A DNA stretch of 59,763 nucleotides, counting the filler, from an uncultured Methanosarcinales archaeon (GTDB lineage Archaea > Nanobdellota > Nanobdellia > Woesearchaeales > CAYSVS01), in the NCBI GenBank assembly GCA_964589485.1. It is 3 parts of 3 records of this genome, joined end to end, with 100 filler letters (N's around TTAATTAATTAA, not from the genome) between each part and the next. Parts side by side here need not be neighbours in the genome. Positions count along the whole stretch, not along the records: positions 1 to 30,786 come from CAZPRK010000014.1; positions 30,887 to 55,237 come from CAZPRK010000016.1; 1 more part is not named here. One strand, written 5' to 3'. The notes under the pieces were generated by a model. That model saw nothing but the letters and a program-made list of their open reading frames with translations. It was not told the origin of the DNA and searched no databases. Below, one piece after another: positions 20,908-31,644 of this stretch. The number at the start of each line of letters is the position of its first letter. Position 1 is the first letter of the stretch. The position numbers and the translations under genes are program-made.

Positions 20908-21672
20908 ATGTCTAATGAAAACATAGAAGATATTTTGGAAGCTTTTCAACTTACAGGAAATTTTGATAAAAACTTAAACCCTACAAGTGAGGAAAGAGAA
21001 CGGATCTTATATTCTTTAGAAAGCAGCATATTAGACATTAATTCAGATTTACAAATAAAACAAAGTAATAGTTCTGCAAAAAAACCTTATATAGAAATTA
21101 ATCAAAGTTCGTTTGTAATTCAATTTCCTTTTTTAATCTCAGTAGATAAAGAAACTTTATCTGAACTTAGTAGAAAAGAAATTGGAGAAATTCACCACAT
21201 GATTAGGCGTGAACAAAAATTATATGTAGCTAATACAGATGCAATATATTGTTTTAATGGACCAAGATTAGAACATGAATGGAGCGCAGTAACTTATAAA
21301 ACTCCTAAACAACTTGCAAGTTCAGGAATTAATTTATTTTACTCTACTGATGATGGAATAAAAGTATTAAATAAAGATGACGGATCAGAACAAAAATTAA
21401 ATTTATCAATGTACAAACCTTTACAAATCCTTGGAGAAGAAGAAAATAAAGGAGGATTATACTTAATTGAAAGAATAAATGAAAAAAATGTTAATTTAAT
21501 CAAAGTTAGTTCTAATGGTTCAGAATTATGGAAAAAAGAATTAAAAATAAACCCATTAGCAATAGAAAAAGATGATAACTTCATATATGTAATAACAAAA
21601 AATTCAGATTATAGATTAAATTTTGATGGAACTAATTTACATAAAGAAGAAAGAACTCAAAAAGTTGCCTAA
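20908..21672 (+). CDS. Hypothetical protein (possible beta-propeller-like C-terminal half)
   Basis: Repeated short beta motifs (LYVA, LFYS, LYLI, IYVI; SNGSELWKK). Confidence 0.6.
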   Translation: MSNENIEDILEAFQLTGNFDKNLNPTSEERERILYSLESSILDINSDLQIKQSNSSAKKPYIEINQSSFVIQFPFLISVDKETLSELSRKEIGEIHHMIRREQKLYVANTDAIYCFNGPRLEHEWSAVTYKTPKQLASSGINLFYSTDDGIKVLNKDDGSEQKLNLSMYKPLQILGEEENKGGLYLIERINEKNVNLIKVSSNGSELWKKELKINPLAIEKDDNFIYVITKNSDYRLNFDGTNLHKEERTQKVA

Positions 21673-21706
21673 ATATTTATATACTTTCTTAAATCATTAA
21701 ATTAAA

Positions 21707-22093
21707 ATGAATTTTCAACATAAAGATAAAATAAAAAGAGTAAAATTAGCTAAAGAGTTACATAAAAAAGGTTATTCTATAAATCAATTAGCTGAATATT
21801 TTGAAGTAAATGAAAATACTGTTAACGAATATCTTAAAGAAGAAATTTCAGTAGATGAAGATAATAATATTATAGAACATAAAGATAAAGAAAAAACTAC
21901 ATTAGATCAATTTACAGAAAAAACAACTACTTTGGATAAAACTTTACCAAAAGTGGAAATTCAAGGTAATAGATGTATAATATGTAAAGAATATTTTAAA
22001 TTTGAACAAATGATAAAGTGGCAAGATGAAAAAAGAATTTGTAAAAGATGTTATGCAACTTCAGATAAAAGTAAAATTTATGATTTAATATAA
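21707..22093 (+). CDS. HTH + zinc-finger protein
   Basis: N-terminal HTH (GYSINQLAEYFEVNENTV), C-terminal CIIC...CKRC. Confidence 0.7.
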   Translation: MNFQHKDKIKRVKLAKELHKKGYSINQLAEYFEVNENTVNEYLKEEISVDEDNNIIEHKDKEKTTLDQFTEKTTTLDKTLPKVEIQGNRCIICKEYFKFEQMIKWQDEKRICKRCYATSDKSKIYDLI

Positions 22094-23005
22094 TTTAGCT
22101 TTATTATTGCTACCCATAACTTTAATTCTATGTTCAACTGTTTTTTGAACAAAGTCTCTTGCAGGGCCTAAATATTTTCTTAAGTCAAATTGAGTTTTAT
22201 TCTTTAATTGTTCTCTAACTTCTGCGGTATATGCAATCCTCAAATCAGTATCATTATTTACTTTATTAATCCCATTTTTTATTGCTTTTTTTAATTCACT
22301 TTCATCTAACCCATGAATTCCTTTAATATTCATTCCAAATTTCTTAGCTTTATCTAATACAAATTTAGGTGTTCCGCTAGCTCCATGTAACACTAATGGT
22401 TTTTTTGTTATTAATTTCACATCTTTTAATATATCATGCCTTATCTTAGCCTTTCCTTTAAATTTAAATGCCCCATGACTTGTTCCTACACCTAATGCTA
22501 AAGCATCAACATTAGTTCTTCTTATAAAATCTATAGCTTGTTCAGGATCGGCATATTCAATATTCTTTGAAGAAACTCTATCTTCAGTTCCACCAATAGT
22601 TCCTATTTCACCTTCAACTGAAACATTTTTCTTATGTGCTAATTTAACAATATGTTTTGTTTGTTTTACATTATCTTGAAAACTTAATTTACTTCCATCA
22701 AACATCACAGAAGAATATCCTAATTTTATAGCTTGTTTAATGTAATTTATATCCTTTCCATGATCTAGGTGAAGACAAACAGGAATTTTAGAATCTTCTA
22801 TTGCAGCTTTAGCAATATTTCTTAAATATTTTATTCCAGCATAATCAACTGCTCCTTCTGTAGTTTCTATTATTACCGGAGATTTTAATTTTTCTGCTGC
22901 ATTAACTATTGCTTGACACATTTCCATATTAACAAAATTAAAAGCTCCAACTGCAAAATAATGATTATTTGCAGGAGAAAGAATTCTTTTTAAATTTAGG
23001 AACAT
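22085..23005 (-). CDS. fba: Class II fructose-bisphosphate aldolase
   Basis: VGAFN, LHLDHG, SSVMFDGS, GTSHG, LVLHGAS and KVNNDTD motifs. Confidence 0.95.
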   Translation of the reverse strand: MFLNLKRILSPANNHYFAVGAFNFVNMEMCQAIVNAAEKLKSPVIIETTEGAVDYAGIKYLRNIAKAAIEDSKIPVCLHLDHGKDINYIKQAIKLGYSSVMFDGSKLSFQDNVKQTKHIVKLAHKKNVSVEGEIGTIGGTEDRVSSKNIEYADPEQAIDFIRRTNVDALALGVGTSHGAFKFKGKAKIRHDILKDVKLITKKPLVLHGASGTPKFVLDKAKKFGMNIKGIHGLDESELKKAIKNGINKVNNDTDLRIAYTAEVREQLKNKTQFDLRKYLGPARDFVQKTVEHRIKVMGSNNKAKLY

Positions 23006-23076
23006 TTGAGAATTAAGTAATTAATGATATTTAAATGTTAGGATAATTTTTTATAAAACTAAAACATACTAACTTC

Positions 23077-23475
23077 ATGAACTTCAGAATAGCTGCAAAA
23101 TCTTTTATTGTAGATAATGATAAATTATTAATCCTAAAAAGACGTCCAAATGATGTGCAAAAACCAAGTATATGGGAAATACCAGGCGGAAGGTTAGAAT
23201 TAGGAGAAGACCCAAAAGAAGGATTAATAAGGGAAGCTAAAGAAGAAACTAACTTAGATATTAAAATTAAAAGTCCATTAAACGTAAAGCATTTTACAAG
23301 AGATGATGGACAAACAATAACTATGTTAATTTTTCTTTGTCAAGCATTAAATAATGAAATTAAATTAAGTGAAGAACATACTGAATTTGAGTGGATTAAT
23401 TTAGAAAAAGCTAAAGATAAACTAGGAAGTTTCTTTCATGAAGATGTTGATGTTTATCATAAATTAACTAACTAA
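23077..23475 (+). CDS. NUDIX hydrolase
   Basis: Nudix box PGGRLELGEDPKEGLIREAKEETNL and LSEEH. Confidence 0.92.
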   Translation: MNFRIAAKSFIVDNDKLLILKRRPNDVQKPSIWEIPGGRLELGEDPKEGLIREAKEETNLDIKIKSPLNVKHFTRDDGQTITMLIFLCQALNNEIKLSEEHTEFEWINLEKAKDKLGSFFHEDVDVYHKLTN

Positions 23476-23554
23476 ACAAATTCCTTACTACTTTTTCAAA
23501 AAAGCAAAATAAAACTCACCAATTATTTAATGCTAGTTACTTAAATCAAAAATC

Positions 23555-24952
23555 TCAAACACCCAATATCTCCCCACGTAATCTCAACAATTCTTTATCA
23601 TATATTTCTTTAGGAAATACTTTATAAAAACTATTACTTCTTATTTGATTAACTTTTAAATTCCCATGATATGTTGAAGATCCTTTCGCAATACTCAATA
23701 AATAACTATTAAAATCCTGTAACTGAACTTCTACAACAAAATCTTTTGGATGTTCTTTAAAATATTCTAACCGTTTTAATAATTCTTCCCATGCAAATTT
23801 ATTTCCCCTAGTTAAATTCAGCATTGTTTTAATACTATTAATTGAAGGATTTGGTAAAGCAATGTCATATATTGCCTTCCATACAAAATAATCTTTTGAA
23901 CTATACATACTTAACCTTTTTTTTCCGAATTTATTTAAAGTATTTTTTTCTTTCTTACGTGTAGATGTTCCCCCAAGAAAAGATTCAAGTTCAGAAATAA
24001 GTTTAACAATACTTTCTTCATCTTTAGCCACTATTTTTAAACCAATAACATCATGAACTTGATTTGGAAATTCTAAACTTTTTCTTATCATTTTTTCCAT
24101 AAAACTATTATAATTTAATTTATCATCTTTGATTAATTTATGTCTTATCTTAAAATTTAAAATTTCATTCCCTTGAAAAGTTTTACTAGGTGAATATGTT
24201 ATTTTTTGTAAAGGGTAAAATTTCAATGCACGTTTTTTTCTTTCATTAGACGCTATTAAATGTAATTTTTCTGCTTCTTTAAAATCATTTGTACAGTTAA
24301 CTTTATTTTTTTCGTCAATCAAAACATAACAAGTTTTAGCTACACTATCACTTAAATTAAAACCGCTATTAACTATTTTTTGAACATTATCAAGATTAAA
24401 ATCAATATCATCAATATATTGACTTCTATTAATTCTTGAAACTAAAACTATTAGGCCTAACCTTCGTAAAATTTCATACTTAACTCTTTCATTCTCAGTA
24501 TTATTATAAACTTGAAATAAATCATACAAATCATGTAAATCTCGAATTTCTTTATGCTCCATTAAACAATCAACAATATCAGTAGATAAGTTAGCTTTTT
24601 CAAGAATATATTTAACAAAATCAGACGCAATTTTACTTATTTTCATAAATTTTTCAGCATTTTCTTCATAGGCTTTACAATTCCCTTGAAAATTAAACTT
24701 CATATTAATATATGCATTTAATTGCTTTTTCACATTATATTGATTTTCACAAATATTCAAAAACATAATTCCATTAGGATTTTTTTTAATAATTCTTGGA
24801 TCTAAATGAGCAAATCTTTGTCTAAATATTGCTAAATCTTTAGGCAGTTCATCATACAAACTATCTATAAGAATTAAACTATGTAATTTATCTACGTCCA
24901 AGTTAGCGGCCAAATATGCACTTAGCCGTTCAGATAAGTGATGGCTTTTCAT
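23555..24952 (-). CDS. RelA/SpoT-like nucleotidyltransferase-fold protein
   Basis: R-x-K...S...KMIRK, VHDVIGLKIV and VEVQL motifs, in the order seen in RSH synthetase-like domains. Confidence 0.55.
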   Translation of the reverse strand: MKSHHLSERLSAYLAANLDVDKLHSLILIDSLYDELPKDLAIFRQRFAHLDPRIIKKNPNGIMFLNICENQYNVKKQLNAYINMKFNFQGNCKAYEENAEKFMKISKIASDFVKYILEKANLSTDIVDCLMEHKEIRDLHDLYDLFQVYNNTENERVKYEILRRLGLIVLVSRINRSQYIDDIDFNLDNVQKIVNSGFNLSDSVAKTCYVLIDEKNKVNCTNDFKEAEKLHLIASNERKKRALKFYPLQKITYSPSKTFQGNEILNFKIRHKLIKDDKLNYNSFMEKMIRKSLEFPNQVHDVIGLKIVAKDEESIVKLISELESFLGGTSTRKKEKNTLNKFGKKRLSMYSSKDYFVWKAIYDIALPNPSINSIKTMLNLTRGNKFAWEELLKRLEYFKEHPKDFVVEVQLQDFNSYLLSIAKGSSTYHGNLKVNQIRSNSFYKVFPKEIYDKELLRLRGEILGV

Positions 24953-24984
24953 ACAATATTAAAAGTGTTAAATAGATATAAAGA

Positions 24985-26016
24985 TTATTGTATTTCATCC
25001 TTTATTCGGTTTAAAAATTCATTAAAGTCTTCTTTTTTTATAACTAAGCCACAAGCATGTTCATGTCCACCGCCTCTTCCATCTAAACCATTTAAAGTTT
25101 TTGCTAACAACTTAGGAATATCATAATTTCTAGCTCGTAAACTACATTTCATTTCTCCTGATTTTTCTCGGCAAATAACAACAAATTCATTTGGAAATTT
25201 ATATTGTACTTCATTACTTAATTCTTTAGTTACACTTACTTTATCATCATAATAATTAAACAATACAACTTTTCTATCCGGCTTTAATTTATCAGCTTGA
25301 GATAATAACTCATCATAAGTAAGTTTTACTTTAATATATTTTTTTTCTAATTCTTTAGTTTCATCAGTCTCAGGATTTAATAAATCATAAGGAGATTTAA
25401 TTTTTGTTAATAATTTTATTGCTTTATTTACATCAGATGTTTTTCCCTTAATTACAAAAGATAAAATTTTAACTAAATCTCCAACTTTAGTATTAAATAA
25501 TGCTTCTTCAATATCATCAATTTTGTTATCAAATAAATCAGGAAATTCTTTTGAAAATTCTAATTTAAATTCTGGCAAATACCAATCAGAAACAGTTCCA
25601 ACCATACCTATCCACATATCTTGTTCAACAATTTTATAACACATGTAAGTTGTAGGAACATTACTTCCATTAAGCCTAGGATTAAAATACTTTACGCCAG
25701 TATTATCTTGCGGTTCATGATGATCAATCCAAACAATAGGAACTTTACATTTATCAATAAATTCTTGTTCAACCATTGCTAAATCAAGAACAAAAATTTT
25801 ATCAGGTTGATATTCTTCAACTTTATATAAAAATTTCATATCAAGTTGAGGTGTACTTTTTACACAAACTCCCTTTCCCTCGTTAATATATCTATACAAT
25901 AATAAATAACTACACAACCCATCTGGGTCATCATGAAAAAAAAATAAAGGCCTACTACACTCTTTTAATTCAATTCTTATTTGTTCTAATTGCTTTTCTG
26001 TTAACATTTCAATCAA
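24985..26016 (-). CDS. DHH/DHHA1 family phosphoesterase
   Basis: HDDPDG, VLDL, IDHH, SLR and GGGHEHACG motifs. Confidence 0.9.
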   Translation of the reverse strand: MIEMLTEKQLEQIRIELKECSRPLFFFHDDPDGLCSYLLLYRYINEGKGVCVKSTPQLDMKFLYKVEEYQPDKIFVLDLAMVEQEFIDKCKVPIVWIDHHEPQDNTGVKYFNPRLNGSNVPTTYMCYKIVEQDMWIGMVGTVSDWYLPEFKLEFSKEFPDLFDNKIDDIEEALFNTKVGDLVKILSFVIKGKTSDVNKAIKLLTKIKSPYDLLNPETDETKELEKKYIKVKLTYDELLSQADKLKPDRKVVLFNYYDDKVSVTKELSNEVQYKFPNEFVVICREKSGEMKCSLRARNYDIPKLLAKTLNGLDGRGGGHEHACGLVIKKEDFNEFLNRIKDEIQ

Positions 26017-26065
26017 AACTAGTAGGGTATTTATATAACTTTGGTTAATAAAAAAAAAATTAGAA

Positions 26066-26167
26066 TTATTTCTTCATTCTTTTACGTTTTTCTTTCTTCA
26101 TACGCTTTCTTTGCCATTTCCATCTCATTTGGCCTTTCTTCTTCCATCTTCTTGACGATCTTTTCAT
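26066..26167 (-). CDS. rpl41e: Ribosomal protein eL41 (eS32)
   Basis: MKRSSRRWKKKGQMRWKWQRKRMKKEKRKRMKK. Absent from the ORF track. Confidence 0.85.
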   Translation of the reverse strand: MKRSSRRWKKKGQMRWKWQRKRMKKEKRKRMKK

Positions 26168-26216
26168 ATTTTTCTTCACAATCAATGATTGTTAATTTAC
26201 CTCCAAATATTTAAAA

Positions 26217-26291
26217 CGCTCCGTCCGGGATTCGAACCCGAGTCCCGGCCTCGAAAGGGCCGGATGATTGGCCGGACTACACCAACGGAGC
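26217..26291 (-). tRNA. tRNA-Glu(TTC)
   Basis: Reverse complement GCTCCGT...CGGCC-CT-TTC-GA-GGCCG...GGTTCGAATCCC...ACGGAGC-G. Confidence 0.95.
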
Positions 26292-26379
26292 AATATAAAA
26301 CTTTGAAAAACGCCTTTCTTTAAAAAGGTTATGATGAGTCAAGGATTATTCTCACCAAACTTAAAAATATAATGAAAGG

Positions 26380-26488
26380 TGGGCCCAAGGAGATTTGAAC
26401 CCCCGACCTCTGGCTAGCTTAGCAACTGTACCAAAGCAGTACAGCGTCATATAAGACCAGCGCTCTAACCAGACTGAGCTATGGGCCC
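26380..26488 (-). tRNA. tRNA-Ile(TAT) with a 34-nt intron at 37/38 (26416-26449)
   Basis: Reverse complement GGGCCCA...CTGGT-CT-TAT-A[intron ending TAAGCT]A-GCCAG...TGGGCCC-A. CTTA/TAAG forms the BHB central helix. Confidence 0.88.
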
Positions 26489-27534
26489 GTATATAAAAAG
26501 AATTTTATTTTTTTTATAAATGTTTCCAAAGCTATCGCTAATATCTTTAAATTTAAAAAATAAAAAAAATGAAAAGACCATCATAAGTAAGTAACAAAAA
26601 TGAACTATTGGTAACTGCTGGCTGAATACCTCGTTGCCTTAGTACTTACACCACAGTCCCATCAAACCGGTGTTTTTCCGGTGTTCTAAGATGTCTCATT
26701 TTGAGTCGGGTTTCATGCTTAGATGCATTCAGCATTTATCCCTTAATGCGTAGCTGCCCGGCTTACCTTGTCAGATAACCGGTCGACCAGAGGCATCGAA
26801 CTTTCGTTCCTCTCGTACTAGAAAATCCTTACTCTCAGACATCAACGACTCTAATAGATATTAAACAAACTGTCTCACAACGTTTTGAACCCAGCTCACA
26901 ACCCTTTTAACGGGTGAACACCCCCACCCTTGGACGCTTCTGCACGCCCAGGATAGGATGAGCCGACATCGATGTAGCAAGCCGCGCCGTCGATTTGAGC
27001 TCTCGGGCGCGACAACTCTGTTATCCCCGGAGTAACTTTTCAGTCATCCCTAACCCCCATTAAGGGGGTATAGGGGTTCGCTAGACCACGCTTTCACGCT
27101 TGGATTTTGTATTGGTGAAAATCCAATCAGACTAACTTTTGCTCTTGCACTCTACATCGGATTTCTGACCCGATTGAGTTAGTCTTTGGGCGCTATCGAT
27201 ACTTTTTCGACAGCGTGCCACCCCAGCCAAACTGTCCACCAGCTGATGTCCCAATTATAAAATCGGTGAGCAACGTAAATTTTGGAGGATAGTGTTTCAT
27301 TGACGTCTATTCTAGATCCGGAAATCTAAACTTAACGACTACTATCTACGCTGTGCACCAAAGTTCACGTCGCAACAACAAGCTACAGTAAAGTTTCACG
27401 GGGTCTTCACTTCCCATTAGAGTTCTCTGGCCTATGCACCAGAAAAGAGTGTTCAGTGGCCTCCAGTCGGGGACAGTGGAAATCTCGTTACGCCATTCAT
27501 GCAGGCCGTCAATCAAACGGCAAGGCATTTCGTT

Positions 27535-28252
27535 CACATCTGTTACTTTCCCTATAAAAGGTACTGACCATATTTCTATGGCGGATACACATTTCTGTGC
27601 ATCTCTACATATCGCTATGCAGATCGGACTATATCTTCACTTGTTACCAAGTGTTTGGCATATAGTCTCTGAGGATTCTAAATTCCTTTTGACCCTTCGA
27701 TTCATTTTAGATGCTAAAATAGCAATCCTTTCAAGTCCTTCCTGAGTTAAATGCTTTTTATTATTCATTAACTGAATAACTAAAGCAAAATATTCAAAGC
27801 TATTCTTTTTAACTGTAATTAAGCGATACTTCTTAAAAAACTGAACAATTTTATTCAAATTTTCAAGTCCTCTCACTCTATATTCAAAAATATTACCATG
27901 ATTAAACACTACATTGCCAAATCCAAAAAAATCTTTGAATCTATACAATAAAGCTTTATCGCGATAATGTTGAACAACTCTAAACTCAGGTAAAACCTGT
28001 CTTCCAAGGGTCATTTTTGGTAATCTGTTTATGGCTACATGGAAACATCCTTCACCATCTACAAAACCAACAATCCAATTGGAATTTAGCCTTTCCTGCT
28101 GATTATCCGCACCTGTCATATTTTCACCCTGACAACACACAATACATACGTAATTAAATACCTTACGCACACATGTCCAGTGTGTCCAGTGGTAATGCAG
28201 GATACTCGGACTTTCCAGCATATAGCCAAATTTTAAGGCAACTTTTGTGCTT
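27535..28252 (-). mobile_element. Group I intron in 23S rRNA at the L1931-equivalent site (718 nt)
   Basis: 5' exon ends CTTAAGGT and the intron ends in G before AACGAAATGCC. IGS GCCTT, P ATGCTGGAAA, Q AATCAGCAGG, R TCAGAGACTATA and S AAGATATAGTCC are all present. Confidence 0.93.
27637..28119 (-). CDS. Single-motif LAGLIDADG homing endonuclease
   Basis: MTGADNQQERLNSNWIVGFVDGEGCF...FRVVQ...FFGFG. AGGGTGA SD before ATG 28119. Confidence 0.92.
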   Translation of the reverse strand: MTGADNQQERLNSNWIVGFVDGEGCFHVAINRLPKMTLGRQVLPEFRVVQHYRDKALLYRFKDFFGFGNVVFNHGNIFEYRVRGLENLNKIVQFFKKYRLITVKKNSFEYFALVIQLMNNKKHLTQEGLERIAILASKMNRRVKRNLESSETICQTLGNK

Positions 28253-29077
28253 ACCTTAAGAGAGTTATAGTTACCCCCGCCGTTTACCAGCTCTTAGCTC
28301 AATTGAACTTGAGTTTGAAGTACTGGCACTGGGCAGACGTCACCTCCTGTACGCACCTTTCCAGGCTAGCAGGAAGTTAAATTTGTGTTGAATAGTCGGA
28401 TTTCCCTAGTCACTGCGCCCTGCTATCGCATACATACATACACGAATGCAGGGATCCCTTATGCCGAAGTCACGGGACCATTTTGCCGAATTCCCTCGAC
28501 TGGATTAAACCATGACGCTTTAGGTTACTAACCTTGGGGCACCTGTACTGGTTCTGGGTATGATTTAATAGGATCTATACAATTTTCCTTTTCAAGGATT
28601 CCAGGTATTGGCTGAATGCCTCATAAGAGGCACTATTCGCAATTTAATCAACTTCTCAACATTACGTTACTCCGTTGACTTATCTTACTTAATTCCCTAG
28701 ATAACAGGAATCAACCTAACCCAAAATGTCAGAAAATTATCTTGTGTTGCCACGCATACCTATTAAGTAAAGGAATATTAACCTTTTTCCCTTTCCCGAT
28801 ATTCGAATTACGAAGTCGGTTAGGATCAACTAACCCTTGACTGATTATCATTGTCAAGGAACCCTTGCCCTTTCAGCGACAGTGTTTCTCACACTGCTCA
28901 GACCTTACTACCACCAGGATTTTCATTACTATGCGGTCCACCCCTTCTCTCGAAGAAATTTCTGCCCACACAGTACGCCTATCTACCGTAATTTTCATTA
29001 CCTATAGTATCGGTAACCAATTTAGCCCCGTCCATTTTCAAGGCCTTCTATCTTGACAAGTAAGCTGTTACGCATTT

Positions 29078-29110
<33 letters not shown>

Positions 29111-30326
29111 CGCTGTCTATGACAAAAGACACTTTTCACCCGTTCACACTTGATTGGTATTTTGGGACCTTAACTATAGTCTGGGTTGTTCCCCTCTCGG
29201 ATTCCAAGCTTACCCCGGAACCCCGTTTCCCGAAATCTACGATGCAAAAGCATTCGGAGTTTGACAAAGAGCCGAGAGATTTCTCCCCCTAAACCCTCAA
29301 TCAGTATCTCTACCACTTTTGCCATCTCATTCGAGACTTGACTACGGCCAACTTCGATAGGAACCAGCTATCGCCGTGCTCGATTGGCTTTTCACCCCTA
29401 GCCCCAGGTTATAAGAACACTTGCTCGTAGAACCTCTGCAGGCCTCCACGAAGTTTTACCTCCGCTTCACCTTACCCAGGGTTAGATCGCACGGCTTCGG
29501 GTCATATTCAAGTGACTATAAGGCACTTTCATACCTCGCTCCTCGTAAACTGCGAGCTTTTGCTTTCGCTAAAACTACTCTCGTAAAAGATTAATTTCGC
29601 CACTCAAATATACTCCCTGGCACGTTATTCGAAACGCACGGTACACATTGCTGCGTACCCCACTTGTTACCAGATTTCAGGATCTTTTGACTCCCTGTTA
29701 AGGGTTCTTTTCAGCTTTCCCTCACGGTACTTATCCTCTATCGGATTCGAATTGTATTTAAAGTTGGAAGTTAATGCCTCCCACATTCAGACTCAGTATC
29801 CAGTGAGCCCTACTCTAGAACATGTAAATTCCTTCAGATTTTCTTCTACGGGACTATCACCCTTTAGAGTCCTGCTTTCCAGCAGAGTTTGAACAAAATT
29901 TGTTAAGGAAAAAAACATGCCTAAACACCACATCTCCACTATATTTCTATAGCGGATTCAGTTTGCCTTGTACTGCTTTCAGTCGCCCTTACTTACAGTA
30001 TCTCGTTGATTTCTTTTCCTGCCGGTACTAAGACGTTTCAATTCCCAGCGTTAGTCTTCCTTTCGGAATTATTGTGAAGTCAGATTCGGAAATCTCCGGT
30101 TCAAAGGTTACTTGCACCTCGCCGAAGCTTATCGTAGCTTGTCACGTCCTTCATCATCAATTCGAACCAAGCCATCCATCTGGTAACATTTTAAGTTGTT
30201 ACTTACCTATGATGGTCTCATCAACATGATATACGTGATGTATTAATGTATTATCTTTGGGAGATATACATTCAATCTGTTTTGACCAAGAACCATTATC
30301 CTTGATAATGATTCCGAAATTAAAAA

Positions 30327-30430
30327 TGGACTCGTCGGGAAATTCATCCCAAAATGACTCATCCTGGAATTTTGAACCCGAGACCCCCGCTTTGCAAGAG
30401 CGGTGCTCTACCGAGCTGAGCTACGAGCCC
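30327..30430 (-). tRNA. tRNA-Ala(TGC) in the 16S-23S spacer, with a 30-nt T-loop intron at 59/60 (30341-30370)
   Basis: CCGCT-CT-TGC-AA-AGCGG anticodon arm. The T loop TTCAAA[ATTCCAGG...GGGATGAATT]T forms a BHB (TTCA/TGAA helix, AAA and TTT bulges). Confidence 0.9.
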
Positions 30431-30445
30431 ATATGAATATGAAAA

Positions 30446-31229
<784 letters not shown>

Positions 31230-31408
31230 AAACTCTATCCTTGTTCGGTTGTACGTTCGCTTTAAGAAACTTAAAGTTATTGTTTGTCACAAAATACTTA
31301 ATTCTAAATTAAGTATGTTCAATTTTAAACACGCCTATATGTTCATAGAATTTTTGATATCTAATATATAGACCGGCGATGATTGGAACTTGAAGAAATA
31401 TAGGGTTA

Positions 31409-31425
31409 TTTATATAGCTTTGGGT
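31409..31425 (-). promoter_or_regulatory. rRNA operon BRE/TATA promoter
   Basis: Reverse complement CCCAAAGC-TATATAAA, upstream of a leader that contains hairpins. Confidence 0.55.
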
Positions 31426-31482
31426 TTCTACATACCATAATTATTAAATAATATAGAAGATTAACTACATTAGGTGATATAA

Positions 31483-31644
31483 ATGCTAATTGTTAAAAGT
31501 AATTTAAAAAATGTATCAGAAGGTTATAATATTTCAGGAGATTTTGCTGAAGAATTAAATAATAAAGTAACAGAACTTGTAAAAACAGCATGTTCAAGAG
31601 CTGAAGCTAACGGTCGAAAAACAATAATGGCAAAAGACCTATAA
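31483..31644 (+). CDS. Minimal 53-aa histone-fold protein (alpha3-truncated, face-to-face/DUF1931-like)
   Basis: MLIVKSNLKNVSEGYNISGDFAEELNNKVTELVKTACSRAEANGRKTIMAKDL, with RKT-x4-DL motif and AGGTGA SD. Absent from the ORF track. Confidence 0.88.
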   Translation: MLIVKSNLKNVSEGYNISGDFAEELNNKVTELVKTACSRAEANGRKTIMAKDL

